A DNA stretch of 41,540 nucleotides from Candidatus Moraniibacteriota bacterium (lineage in GTDB: Bacteria; Patescibacteriota; Minisyncoccia; Moranbacterales; UBA1568), in assembly GCA_038208355.1 (NCBI GenBank), contig JBBQYU010000002.1, positions 1 through 41,540 on the forward strand, written 5' to 3'. The stretch's first letter is position 1, and each line of letters starts with the position of its first letter. The position numbers were made by a program, and so were the translations under genes. Below the pieces are notes generated by a model. That model ran no database searches, was not told where the DNA came from, and worked only from the letters and a program-made list of their open reading frames with translations. Of this stretch, positions 1 through 6,918 are shown in pieces.

Positions 1-135
1 GAATCTGTTGCTAAAAATACTCCGGAAATGAGTCGGTGGGATGTAGGGAAATACGACCCTTCTAATCCGCGTCATATTTGGGTTTTGGATCAGCTTAATA
101 TTACCGATGGAGAACTTGTGTCCCTTGAGCAATAG
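1..135 (+). CDS. 3' end of an upstream gene (partial, product unknown)
   Basis: Frame 1 is open from the window edge to TAG at 133-135 (...WDVGKYDPSNPRHIWVLDQLNITDGELVSLEQ*). No motif recognised. Confidence 0.3.
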   Translation, partial: ESVAKNTPEMSRWDVGKYDPSNPRHIWVLDQLNITDGELVSLEQ

Positions 136-161
136 AGGTTCTGATGTCATCTGGGCGAAAT

Positions 162-183
162 AAAAGGGGTCAGGTACCTTTTT
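162..183. repeat. Left inverted repeat (REP-like hairpin-forming 22-mer)
   Basis: Exact reverse complement of 921-942. Internally AAAAGG/CCTTTT can pair around a 9-nt loop. Confidence 0.85.
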
Positions 184-253
184 AGGCGCAGTTGGTATAT
201 ATTGAAACCATGCCTAGGCCCGAAGAGGCATTAAAATTAAACATGAACATATA

Positions 254-934
254 ATGGCTCGCATTCCTCGTGCCGCTGCCCCCGATACTGTTTATCATGT
301 TCTCAATCGCGCTAATGGTCGGGAGCAGATTTTTCAGAAAGAAAAAGACTATGCTGCTTTCGAGAAAATTCTTCTAGAGGGAGGAGAGAAATTCAATATG
401 CGAATTCTTGCGTACTGTATTATGCCGAACCATTAGCATCTTGTGCTGTACCCAAGAACGGGTGAGGATCTCTCACAATTTATGCGCTGGATTACTCATA
501 CGCATACCCAGCGTTTCCACGCACACTACCACAGCATCGGATATGGACACGTCTATCAGGGAAGATTCAAGTCATTTCCAGTGCAAAGTGATGACTACTT
601 TCTCCAAGTATGTCGATATGTAGAGCGCAATTCTGTCCGAGCTGGGCTTGCTGAGAAGATAGAAGATTGGCAATGGTCAAGTGCCTGGATACGAAAAAGT
701 GGAACACTGGAACAGAAAAAAATTCTTGCAGACTGGCCGGTTAAGATGCCAGATTATTATGAGAAATGGGCGAACACGCTCTCGGAAGATGAAACAGAGA
801 AGTTGGAAAAAATACGATACGCTCTCAAGCGTGGGTCACTCTTCGGAGAGTATGATTGGATAATAAAAATTTCAAAACAACTTGGTCTAGAATCAACTTT
901 ACGTGAGCGAGGAAGACCTAAAAAAGGTACCTGA
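254..934 (+). pseudogene. REP-associated tyrosine transposase (RAYT / IS200-like Y1 HUH transposase) interrupted by one in-frame TAG
   Basis: ORFs 254-436 and 443-934 share one frame and are split only by TAG at 434-436. The joined product reads ...AYCIMPNH*HLVLYP..., which is the HUH motif with the stop in the middle position. It also carries ...CRYVERNSVRAGL...DWQWSS, the catalytic-Tyr region typical of IS200/RAYT proteins. Confidence 0.8.
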
Positions 935-942
935 CCCCTTTT
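921..942. repeat. Right inverted repeat (REP-like 22-mer)
   Basis: AAAAAGGTACCTGACCCCTTTT is the exact reverse complement of 162-183. It overlaps the transposase stop codon (TGA 932-934). Confidence 0.85.
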
Positions 943-967
943 CTTCCCGAAAGACCTGAAGCAGTTA

Positions 968-1660
968 TTGCTTGCTGAGATTGTACTAAGGACAAATGAA
1001 AATTTGGCGCGTAATGATTCGACAAGAGGCTATGCACTTAACCCTTTATTTGCTCCTATATTTCAGAATTACCGCACTGATAAATGGGGTGATTCTGTAG
1101 TAGAGTTTACTAAAAATCATGATTCCATACGAGAGTTGCTCGATAGGTCACGCGAAATTGTAAAAATCCCTATAAAAATTGATGGTAAAACATTTGAATT
1201 CTCAAATGGTGAGCATAATTTGTTACAAAAGGCGATTATCGAAGAGTTTCTACCCCTTTATGGTTATGGCTCGGAGGTTTTGTACGTTGGAGATACTGCT
1301 AATAAATATCTACATCTAAACCAAGATAAGCTTGATGCTCTGGGCTTTTTCAAGATTGATCATGGAGAATTGCCCGATGTAGTGGCTTACTCTAAAGATA
1401 AGAATTGGCTTTATCTCATAGAAGCCGTTCATTCATCTGGACCTATTTCTGAAATCCGTTTACTGGAGCTAAAAAAACTCACAGAGAAATGTACGATAGA
1501 TATAATCTACGTTACCGCATTTCTTAATAGGGACAAGTTTAGAACTTGGGTCAAAGATATTGCATGGGAGACAGAAGTTTGGGTAGCTGATAACCCGACA
1601 CACCTCGTGCACTTTAACGGTGACAAGTTTATGGGGCCGTACACTGCGCATGTAGACTAA
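968..1660 (+). pseudogene. BsuBI/PstI-family type II restriction endonuclease, probably N-terminally truncated
   Basis: ...ELPDVVAYSKDKNWLYLIEAVHSSGPISEIR...YVTAF...DIAWETEVWVADNPTHLVHFNGDKFMGP matches my recollection of the BsuBI/PstI catalytic C-terminal domain. Only a TTG start is available. The frame opens at 935, directly after the transposase stop and right IR. The ORF is 230 aa versus roughly 310-330 aa remembered for the family. Confidence 0.6.
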
Positions 1661-1666
1661 CGACCT

Positions 1667-2146
1667 TTATAGAAGTTTTAGTTCAAGTAGTCGAATGGTT
1701 GCTGCTTGCTTGCTAACTCCAAATGTTTTTGAGAGTTTTTCAATGTCCATCCCATTCTTTTTTACATGATCTTTTACCCAATCTGAAGGCATAAGGAGTA
1801 CGGAAGCAAAAAGGTTTGCTTCTCGTTCTATGGGTCGTGACTTATCAAAAACATCGTCTATTATTTCTTCTTGGTGTTCTTCTCCTAACCCATGACCTAG
1901 CAGAAAATGACCCAGCTCATGAGCAATAGTGAAGCGTTGGCGGAGAGGGTGATGACCTTGGTTCACGCCAATTACGCCGGCCTCTTTCTTTATAAGACCC
2001 GACAGTTTGTTATGAAAAGGAAACAAAACAACCTCTAGTTGAATTGCTTCTGCAACTTTTTTTACATCAACGGGAGGAATCTTGCAGCCAGCTCTTTCTA
2101 TTGCTTGTGTGGCAAGCTCCTCAATATATTTTGTATGTGATTTCAT
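1667..2146 (-). CDS. ImmA/IrrE-family zinc metallopeptidase (CapP-like)
   Basis: HEXXH motif in ...FTIAHELGHFLLGH..., followed by ...EREANLFASVLLMPSDWV..., typical of DUF955/ImmA. Its ATG overlaps the stop of the upstream XRE gene (ATGA at 2143-2146). Confidence 0.85.
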   Translation of the reverse strand: MKSHTKYIEELATQAIERAGCKIPPVDVKKVAEAIQLEVVLFPFHNKLSGLIKKEAGVIGVNQGHHPLRQRFTIAHELGHFLLGHGLGEEHQEEIIDDVFDKSRPIEREANLFASVLLMPSDWVKDHVKKNGMDIEKLSKTFGVSKQAATIRLLELKLL

Positions 2147-2454
2147 TTTTTACTACGATTCAAAAGAAAATTATCAAAATCATCGAGCGACTTCTTTACG
2201 TCGCTGCTATTCCCAGTACCTTTATCAGTGCGGAACATAGTTACGCTAGGCTCTAAAAAGAATGAGACATCCTTACCGAAAAAACTTGCCACCCTATGGA
2301 TATCTTGCAATTTAATCTCTCTGATACCCTGTTCAAAGTTTGAAATCCCCATAGATGAATAGCCGAGGTGTTCTCCTAGCTGCTTTTGCGTAAGACCTTT
2401 TTCCTCACGAGCCTCTTTAATGCGATCGCCAATTTTTTTAGAAATTTCTTGCAT
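2143..2454 (-). CDS. XRE-family helix-turn-helix transcriptional regulator (CapH/ImmR-like)
   Basis: HTH_3-like ...IKEAREEKGLTQKQLGEHLGYSSMGISNFEQGIREIKLQDIHRVASFFGKDVSFF. I prefer the ATG at 2454; the ORF track starts at TTG 2475, which would lie inside the predicted promoter. Confidence 0.85.
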   Translation of the reverse strand: MQEISKKIGDRIKEAREEKGLTQKQLGEHLGYSSMGISNFEQGIREIKLQDIHRVASFFGKDVSFFLEPSVTMFRTDKGTGNSSDVKKSLDDFDNFLLNRSKK

Positions 2455-2475
2455 ATTTTGCTTTGAATAAGCCAA

Positions 2476-2545
2476 ATTATAAAATTATACTTGACTACAC
2501 AGAACCTTGTGTATTACACTGTGTGATAGCGAACCATCTGTGTAC
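2476..2545. promoter_or_regulatory. Divergent promoter/operator region between the XRE-ImmA operon and the 126/365-aa cassette
   Basis: Minus strand: two TATAAT hexamers (complement of 2476-2481 and 2484-2489). Plus strand: TTGACT at 2491-2496, with TATTAC (2512-2517) or TACACT (2515-2520) as the -10. Inverted repeat TACACA-N6-TGTGTA at 2496-2513. ACACTGTGT palindrome at 2516-2524. Direct repeat GAACC..TGTGTA at 2502-2513 and 2531-2544. Confidence 0.45.
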
Positions 2546-2604
2546 TTATAGTACCAGACTGGAGCCAGAATTTCAAGCTCCATTGAGTAGGGAGGAATAG
2601 CGGA

Positions 2605-2985
2605 ATGTTTAATCATTATAGCAAAAATCCTATGGGATCAAGTAGCAACAGAAAGAAGAACGATAATTTTCGGGTGAACTCTCCTAAGAAACAAGGAGGA
2701 GATAAAGGGGCTGGCGGGAGTGGTGGTAATAGTAGTAAAGAAGATATCAATGTTACCTGCCCAATGGCCTTCGATGTGAGTATAAAACCCTCTCGGTTGC
2801 TTCCAGACGGCACCGCAGTAACAATACGGGGAACAGAGTTGGTCGCGATGGGAGAGTCAGTGGGGAAATTACAACCTCGTCAGATTCAAATGATAACAAA
2901 ATGCTCAGAAAAGGGGATTACCTATTCCGGAAAAATTCTGAACAGGAAAGATAAACCGTATGTCCGCTTCACTCAAAATACTTAA
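2605..2985 (+). CDS. Hypothetical protein, 126 aa: basic Gly/Ser-rich N-terminal tail plus compact C-terminal domain
   Basis: GGAGG at 2591-2595 lies 9 nt upstream of the ATG. The N-terminal ~45 aa are low complexity (...SSSNRKKNDNFRVNSPKKQGGDKGAGGSGGNSS...). No family recognised. Confidence 0.6.
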   Translation: MFNHYSKNPMGSSSNRKKNDNFRVNSPKKQGGDKGAGGSGGNSSKEDINVTCPMAFDVSIKPSRLLPDGTAVTIRGTELVAMGESVGKLQPRQIQMITKCSEKGITYSGKILNRKDKPYVRFTQNT

Positions 2986-4057
2986 TAGCAATCATCAGTT
3001 GTCATTATTTTCACTCGAGTGTCAAAGCGCCCGATATACTCCTTTTGTGCATCCAGACGAAAATTCAGCATTAAGAGTTCAGTGTGCGGGCAGAGAGAGA
3101 CTGAATGTTGTAACGTGTAGCGATGAGGGCGTGGAAGACGATCTCAAAGACGTTAACGGGCTGGATCTGGAAGATATTGATATCTTGGGGCAGACCATTT
3201 CAGTGGATTCTTTCATTCCTATAATCCCCCGAGGTCTCTTTGACCTATCTTCTGACGATATTTCCGATCCTGTAGTTGGTGTGATGCTGAATGACATACT
3301 AACGAAGAGGGGGAGCCTTCGTCATGGCCAGTATTATTTGCCCAAAGACACCGGTATCGACATAAACATACTCCACAGCCCTGTCTTTCACGGAAAGAAA
3401 ATAGTCCTTTTCTCTTGTGGGCAGGATATTATCATTGAAACGCTCTGGTGGAATCGTCAGGATCTCAATCTTTTCCAAGCGATTGCAAGTATGGGGTTTT
3501 TTGCAGTTACTGGTATGAATTTCTCACTATTCGTTGGCGAATGCCCTCTCAGTCACGCCCTTAATTTGAAAAAAAGCCTTTGTTACTGCCAGGGGTTGGC
3601 TAGTCTGGGTGTACAGACTATCCCTCATATATATGCTCTTAACGATCATCAAAGAAAGAGGTGGCAGTCTTGGCTTATTGCTCGGTCTCACATAAACTTA
3701 ATTACAATAAACACACAATTGCAAAGGAGTAGCAGGAGTGACATGAGTGAGGTTCTAAAAACAGTCAGTTTTCTACTTGAGAATACAAAAGTGAATATTC
3801 TTCTTCAGGGTAGAGGGAACGGACTACCGAAAGATCTCAAAAGAAAATATGCGAAGAGGCTTCACGTTGCAGCCTCTGGGCCACTAAAGAGAGCCTCTAT
3901 ACGCAAGGATAAGACACCAGATGAACACATTGAAGACTTCAAGAGAGGTCTAGGGCTAAATATGAAAACTACCCCTTTCGCGCCTGACGTTTTCGCTATC
4001 CAACTAATCAACTCCAGCCATTCCCAATTTGAAAGTCAAAAAAAGCCGCTATTTTAG
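2960..4057 (+). CDS. Hypothetical protein, 365 aa (function unknown; very tentative DUF4417-like central region)
   Basis: Long ORF overlapping the previous one by 26 nt. No catalytic motif recognised. The central ...IVLFSCGQDIIIETLWWNRQ...GMNFSLFVGECPLSHALNLKKS...GVQTIPHIY... loosely recalls the motif spacing of DUF4417, unverified. Confidence 0.65.
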   Translation: MSASLKILNSNHQLSLFSLECQSARYTPFVHPDENSALRVQCAGRERLNVVTCSDEGVEDDLKDVNGLDLEDIDILGQTISVDSFIPIIPRGLFDLSSDDISDPVVGVMLNDILTKRGSLRHGQYYLPKDTGIDINILHSPVFHGKKIVLFSCGQDIIIETLWWNRQDLNLFQAIASMGFFAVTGMNFSLFVGECPLSHALNLKKSLCYCQGLASLGVQTIPHIYALNDHQRKRWQSWLIARSHINLITINTQLQRSSRSDMSEVLKTVSFLLENTKVNILLQGRGNGLPKDLKRKYAKRLHVAASGPLKRASIRKDKTPDEHIEDFKRGLGLNMKTTPFAPDVFAIQLINSSHSQFESQKKPLF

Positions 4058-4199
4058 CAGTTCTTTTGGGCGTTTAAATCAAAGAAGAGTTCTTCTCAAT
4101 AGCTCTGGTCAGATTCTTGAAAAGCTAGCTACAAATATAAAAGTATAACAACTTCACTGTATCAGCTGACACCCTATTAATCAACCTAATCTTACAACG

Positions 4200-4430
4200 A
4201 TGTCTAAAAATATCCATGTAACACACCGCGCCGACGGACAGTGGGCTGTCAAAGGTGCCAACGATTCCCGTGCTTCAAGTTTGCATGAAACGCAACGAGA
4301 GGCTATTATTGCCGGTCGCGATATTGCAGTCAATAATCGCTCCGAGTTGTTCATCCACGGAATCGACAACAAGATTCGTGATCGAGACAGTTACGGTAAC
4401 GAGTCAGCAGTCATTGATAAGAAACACTAG
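4200..4430 (+). CDS. DUF2188 domain-containing protein
   Basis: ...HVTHRADGQWAVKGANDSRASSLHETQREAIIAGRDIAVNNRSELFIHGIDNKIRDRDSYGNE... fits the DUF2188 pattern as I remember it. Confidence 0.75.
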   Translation: MSKNIHVTHRADGQWAVKGANDSRASSLHETQREAIIAGRDIAVNNRSELFIHGIDNKIRDRDSYGNESAVIDKKH

Positions 4431-4472
4431 CTTTCAGCTAGTTTGGTAGTCTTCATCCACTGAATAAGACAT

Positions 4473-4506
4473 AAGAGTCACCTTAGAGAAGAGGGTGACT
4501 CTTTTA
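4473..4506 (+). terminator. Rho-independent terminator after the DUF2188 gene
   Basis: Perfect 10-bp stem AAGAGTCACC (4473-4482) / GGTGACTCTT (4494-4503), followed by a T-run. Confidence 0.65.
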
Positions 4507-4612
4507 TTAACCAAATCTACCCCTGTAACAGTTCCGTGACTTGTTTAAAGCAATATTCTGTATTTGGGTAAGAAATACAAAGATCTAATGTTCCGAAATC
4601 ATCCCATTTTGT

Positions 4613-4665
4613 GAGCTAACGAAAACGAGGCTGTAACAAGCCTTGTTTTTTGTTACCCGGGATGG
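4613..4665 (+). repeat. Repeat copy A: terminator-like hairpin plus TTGTTACCCGGGATGG box
   Basis: GAGCTAACGAAAACGAGGCTGTAACAAGCCTTGTTTTTTGTTACCCGGGATGG. The stem is AAAACGAGGCT / AGCCTTGTTTT with one G-T pair. Its first ~43 nt recur at 5384-5427 and its last ~19 nt at 7398-7416. Confidence 0.7.
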
Positions 4666-4766
4666 GATTGGAACTTGAGTATGGACAAATGAGGAGAAAT
4701 TATATAAACTGCAAAGTCCTTGAATTCAAGGGCAAGTTCTTCAATCATCATCCAAAGGAGGGCGAC

Positions 4767-5234
4767 ATGGATCAAAGATTCATAGAAGGTGAAGAGGCGA
4801 TGGAACTGACGGTGAGGATATGGACTGATCCGAAACTGATTCATTACATCGGAATGATCATTCCTCCCCGGCCCGGCATCCAACGATGTCTTACAATGTT
4901 GGAGTATCTACATTTCCCGCCATGTACTCCGCTCAACGATGAGTACCAGTTCGTCACTTATGAGTTCAGCGGAATCTTGTTTGGGGTGGTAAGTATTCCC
5001 AAGCAGAAGAAGCATCTCATGGAGACGATAGCGGATGAGTCAGGGCTTCGCATCGTCAAGGGTGTTCCAACTCTTCTTTCCAGCGATCGACAGGATTCAT
5101 TTCCGATTCAGTCCAGTGACGCGTACAGTCTGGAGAATAAACCAGGACATTCTGTCTACAACAGTACGCAGCAGCAGATACGAGCCATGCTCATTGCAGA
5201 ATACCGGGAATTGGAGGACAGGTTCGGAATATGA
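4767..5234 (+). CDS. Hypothetical protein, 155 aa
   Basis: AAGGAGG at 4755-4761 lies 5 nt upstream of the ATG at 4767. The ORF track's TTG 4650 extension runs through repeat A and looks unlikely. No family recognised. Confidence 0.55.
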   Translation: MDQRFIEGEEAMELTVRIWTDPKLIHYIGMIIPPRPGIQRCLTMLEYLHFPPCTPLNDEYQFVTYEFSGILFGVVSIPKQKKHLMETIADESGLRIVKGVPTLLSSDRQDSFPIQSSDAYSLENKPGHSVYNSTQQQIRAMLIAEYRELEDRFGI

Positions 5235-5248
5235 CCTAGCTGTCCGGC

Positions 5249-5280
5249 AAGCGCACGACCTACGGGTACGGCGCTTTTTT
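5249..5280 (+). terminator. Probable rho-independent terminator
   Basis: AAGCGC...GCGCTT stem with an inner ACC/GGT pairing, followed by T6 (5275-5280). Confidence 0.45.
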
Positions 5281-5383
5281 CTTTTCATACCAAACCAAGC
5301 AAAGGTCGCATTTGCCTTAAAGAAATCTTCAGGATTAGGAAAAGCCCGTCTCAGTTATATGTTTGAAAGCTGCCCCGCTAGGC

Positions 5384-5427
5384 GAGCTAAGAAAACGAGG
5401 CTGTGATAAAGTTTGTTTTTTGTTAAA
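5384..5427 (+). repeat. Repeat copy B (degenerate copy of A)
   Basis: GAGCTAAGAAAACGAGGCTGTGATAAAGTTTGTTTTTTGTTAAAAG aligns with 4613-4655 with a few substitutions and one indel. Its hairpin is weakened. Confidence 0.65.
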
Positions 5428-5518
5428 AGAAAGAGACGTGACTGTTTATACAAAAAAGGAATCAGTATATTTTGCAAACTACTTTGACGATATACGTAAT
5501 AATGAGTACGCTCAATAT

Positions 5519-6109
5519 ATGGAAAATGTGATATTCTCAGAATTAACAGAGATGGATTTGCTTGAGCGGGTACCCGCAAGTCCGGGTGCTTTTGGAGAGC
5601 TTGTTCAAAGATACCACATGCAACTTTCTCGTTTTGTTAATCGAATAAGCTTTTTTCAGTCTGAAGATATTGAAGACATACTCCAGAATGCTTATATAAA
5701 AGCCTATAGAAATATTCATCGCTACAATAAGAGTATGAAATTTTCTACCTGGTTGTATCATATTGTTCGTAACACTACGATTGATGAAATTAGAAAGGTG
5801 AGCGTGCGACCAAAGCTCTACTCATTAGAGGATGAAGATATACCAAAACTTTTTATTTCTCCAGAAAACCTAGAAGAATCAATGTGGAGGAAAGAAGATA
5901 TTTCGGAAGTAAGAAAAGCAATTGCAGCGTTGCCAGAGAAGTATAGAGAAGTTTTGGTGCTGAGATACATAGAAGACAAAACATATGAGGCAATTATGGA
6001 TATCGTAGAGCTTCCGAAAGGAACAGTAGCGGCACGGATCAGTCGATCCAAAAAAATTCTTCAAAAAAGTATCTCATCCACCAATTTTTTTCACACAACA
6101 CCTTTATGA
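5519..6109 (+). CDS. RNA polymerase sigma-70 family ECF sigma factor
   Basis: Region 2 is ...LQNAYIKAYRNIHRY...FSTWLYHIVRNTTIDEIRK. Region 4 is ...LPEKYREVLVLRYIEDKTYEAIMDIVELPKGTVAARISRSKKIL. The start is uncertain (ATG 5519 or 5552; the ORF track begins at 5363). Confidence 0.85.
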   Translation: MENVIFSELTEMDLLERVPASPGAFGELVQRYHMQLSRFVNRISFFQSEDIEDILQNAYIKAYRNIHRYNKSMKFSTWLYHIVRNTTIDEIRKVSVRPKLYSLEDEDIPKLFISPENLEESMWRKEDISEVRKAIAALPEKYREVLVLRYIEDKTYEAIMDIVELPKGTVAARISRSKKILQKSISSTNFFHTTPL

Positions 6110-6831
6110 TGAATTCAGTTGCTCAAAAAATAGCAGACAAGTTACGGGCTGAGAAAATTATTCCCATTTCTGAACGAAGAGTGAGTGCAGAGCGTATAGT
6201 GTATTGGCTAGCCGTAGCAACGCTCACCCTTTTGGCAGGTTTAATGATGTCTTTTGTTTTCTTATTCTTTATCCAGCTTTTTGGACCGAGAGATTTTTTT
6301 ATTCCAGGACACCCCCCATTCATGCGTTTCCTCCTCCTTTTCCCTTATATCTGGATTCTTTTTACTATTATCCTTTTTACCGCAATAGTTTTTGTGGTAA
6401 AGAAAACGCCTCACGGGTATAGATATCAGATAAGTTTTATCATCCTTCTTTTAATAGGTGGCGTTTCTATCTTCGCTACTTTGTTCCATCTCTCTCGGAT
6501 TGACGAAAGGGCGGAGAGAGTAATTTTAGGCAAAGCTCCCCAGGTATACACCACCTTTCTAGAAAAGCGTTGGAATCATCCAGACGATGGGGTATTGGCA
6601 GGAGAAGTAGTAAAGATTAGAGGGAAAGACTTTGATATTCAGCCGCCACAAGGGGATGTTTGGAAAATATTGACTGACGAGAACACTATTTTTGTAGATG
6701 AAGAATCTGTTGTTGAGGGGGATAGAGCGAGAATTATTGGCACAAGACAAGAGAGAGGCGTTTTTTTAGCTAAGAAAGTAAAATTGATAGACAGAGGAGC
6801 AAGGAATCAGAAAGAGTTTATTGGGAGATGA
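6106..6831 (+). CDS. Polytopic membrane protein, putative anti-sigma factor, with a C-terminal small beta-rich domain
   Basis: Its start overlaps the sigma gene stop (ATGA at 6106-6109). It has several hydrophobic segments. The C-terminal ...GVLAGEVVKIRGKDFDIQPPQGDVWKILTDENTIFVDEESVVEGDRARIIGTRQERGVFLAKKVKLI resembles the C-termini of ORFs 20410 and 24092. Confidence 0.55.
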   Translation: MMNSVAQKIADKLRAEKIIPISERRVSAERIVYWLAVATLTLLAGLMMSFVFLFFIQLFGPRDFFIPGHPPFMRFLLLFPYIWILFTIILFTAIVFVVKKTPHGYRYQISFIILLLIGGVSIFATLFHLSRIDERAERVILGKAPQVYTTFLEKRWNHPDDGVLAGEVVKIRGKDFDIQPPQGDVWKILTDENTIFVDEESVVEGDRARIIGTRQERGVFLAKKVKLIDRGARNQKEFIGR

Positions 6832-6918
6832 ATGCAAACTAATTTATTAGTAGACGTATCAATAAGTGTAGGTACAGAGTGCTAGCCCTGCTATCTACTT
6901 ATTAACTAAAAAATTCTT

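Larger units (their letters stand above)
162..942 (+). mobile_element. REP/RAYT-type unit: one IS200-like Y1 transposase gene bracketed by perfect 22-bp inverted repeats
   Basis: AAAAGGGGTCAGGTACCTTTTT at 162-183 is the exact reverse complement of 921-942. The pair encloses only the Y1-transposase reading frame. The right copy overlaps the last codons (...KKGT*). Confidence 0.7.

Noticed and set aside
434-436. In-frame TAG in the RAYT gene as evidence of stop-codon reassignment or an alternative genetic code
   Set aside because: All other long ORFs in the window are intact under the standard code, and several genes (e.g. ORFs 4200, 11829, 25927) end in TAG at sensible positions. A single nonsense mutation or pseudogene is the simpler explanation. 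Read-level polymorphism is still worth checking.
4650-4766. TTG-initiated N-terminal extension of ORF 4650-5234
   Set aside because: The extension begins inside repeat copy A and its T-run and has no RBS. The in-frame ATG at 4767 is preceded by AAGGAGG at ideal spacing.
4613-5427. Repeats A/B as integron attC sites bracketing a gene cassette
   Set aside because: No GTTRRRY / RYYYAAC core pair could be matched in the repeats (GTTACCC and GTTAAAA do not fit). No intI-type tyrosine recombinase is in the window. Copy A looks like an ordinary intrinsic terminator hairpin. I kept it as an unexplained repeat instead.
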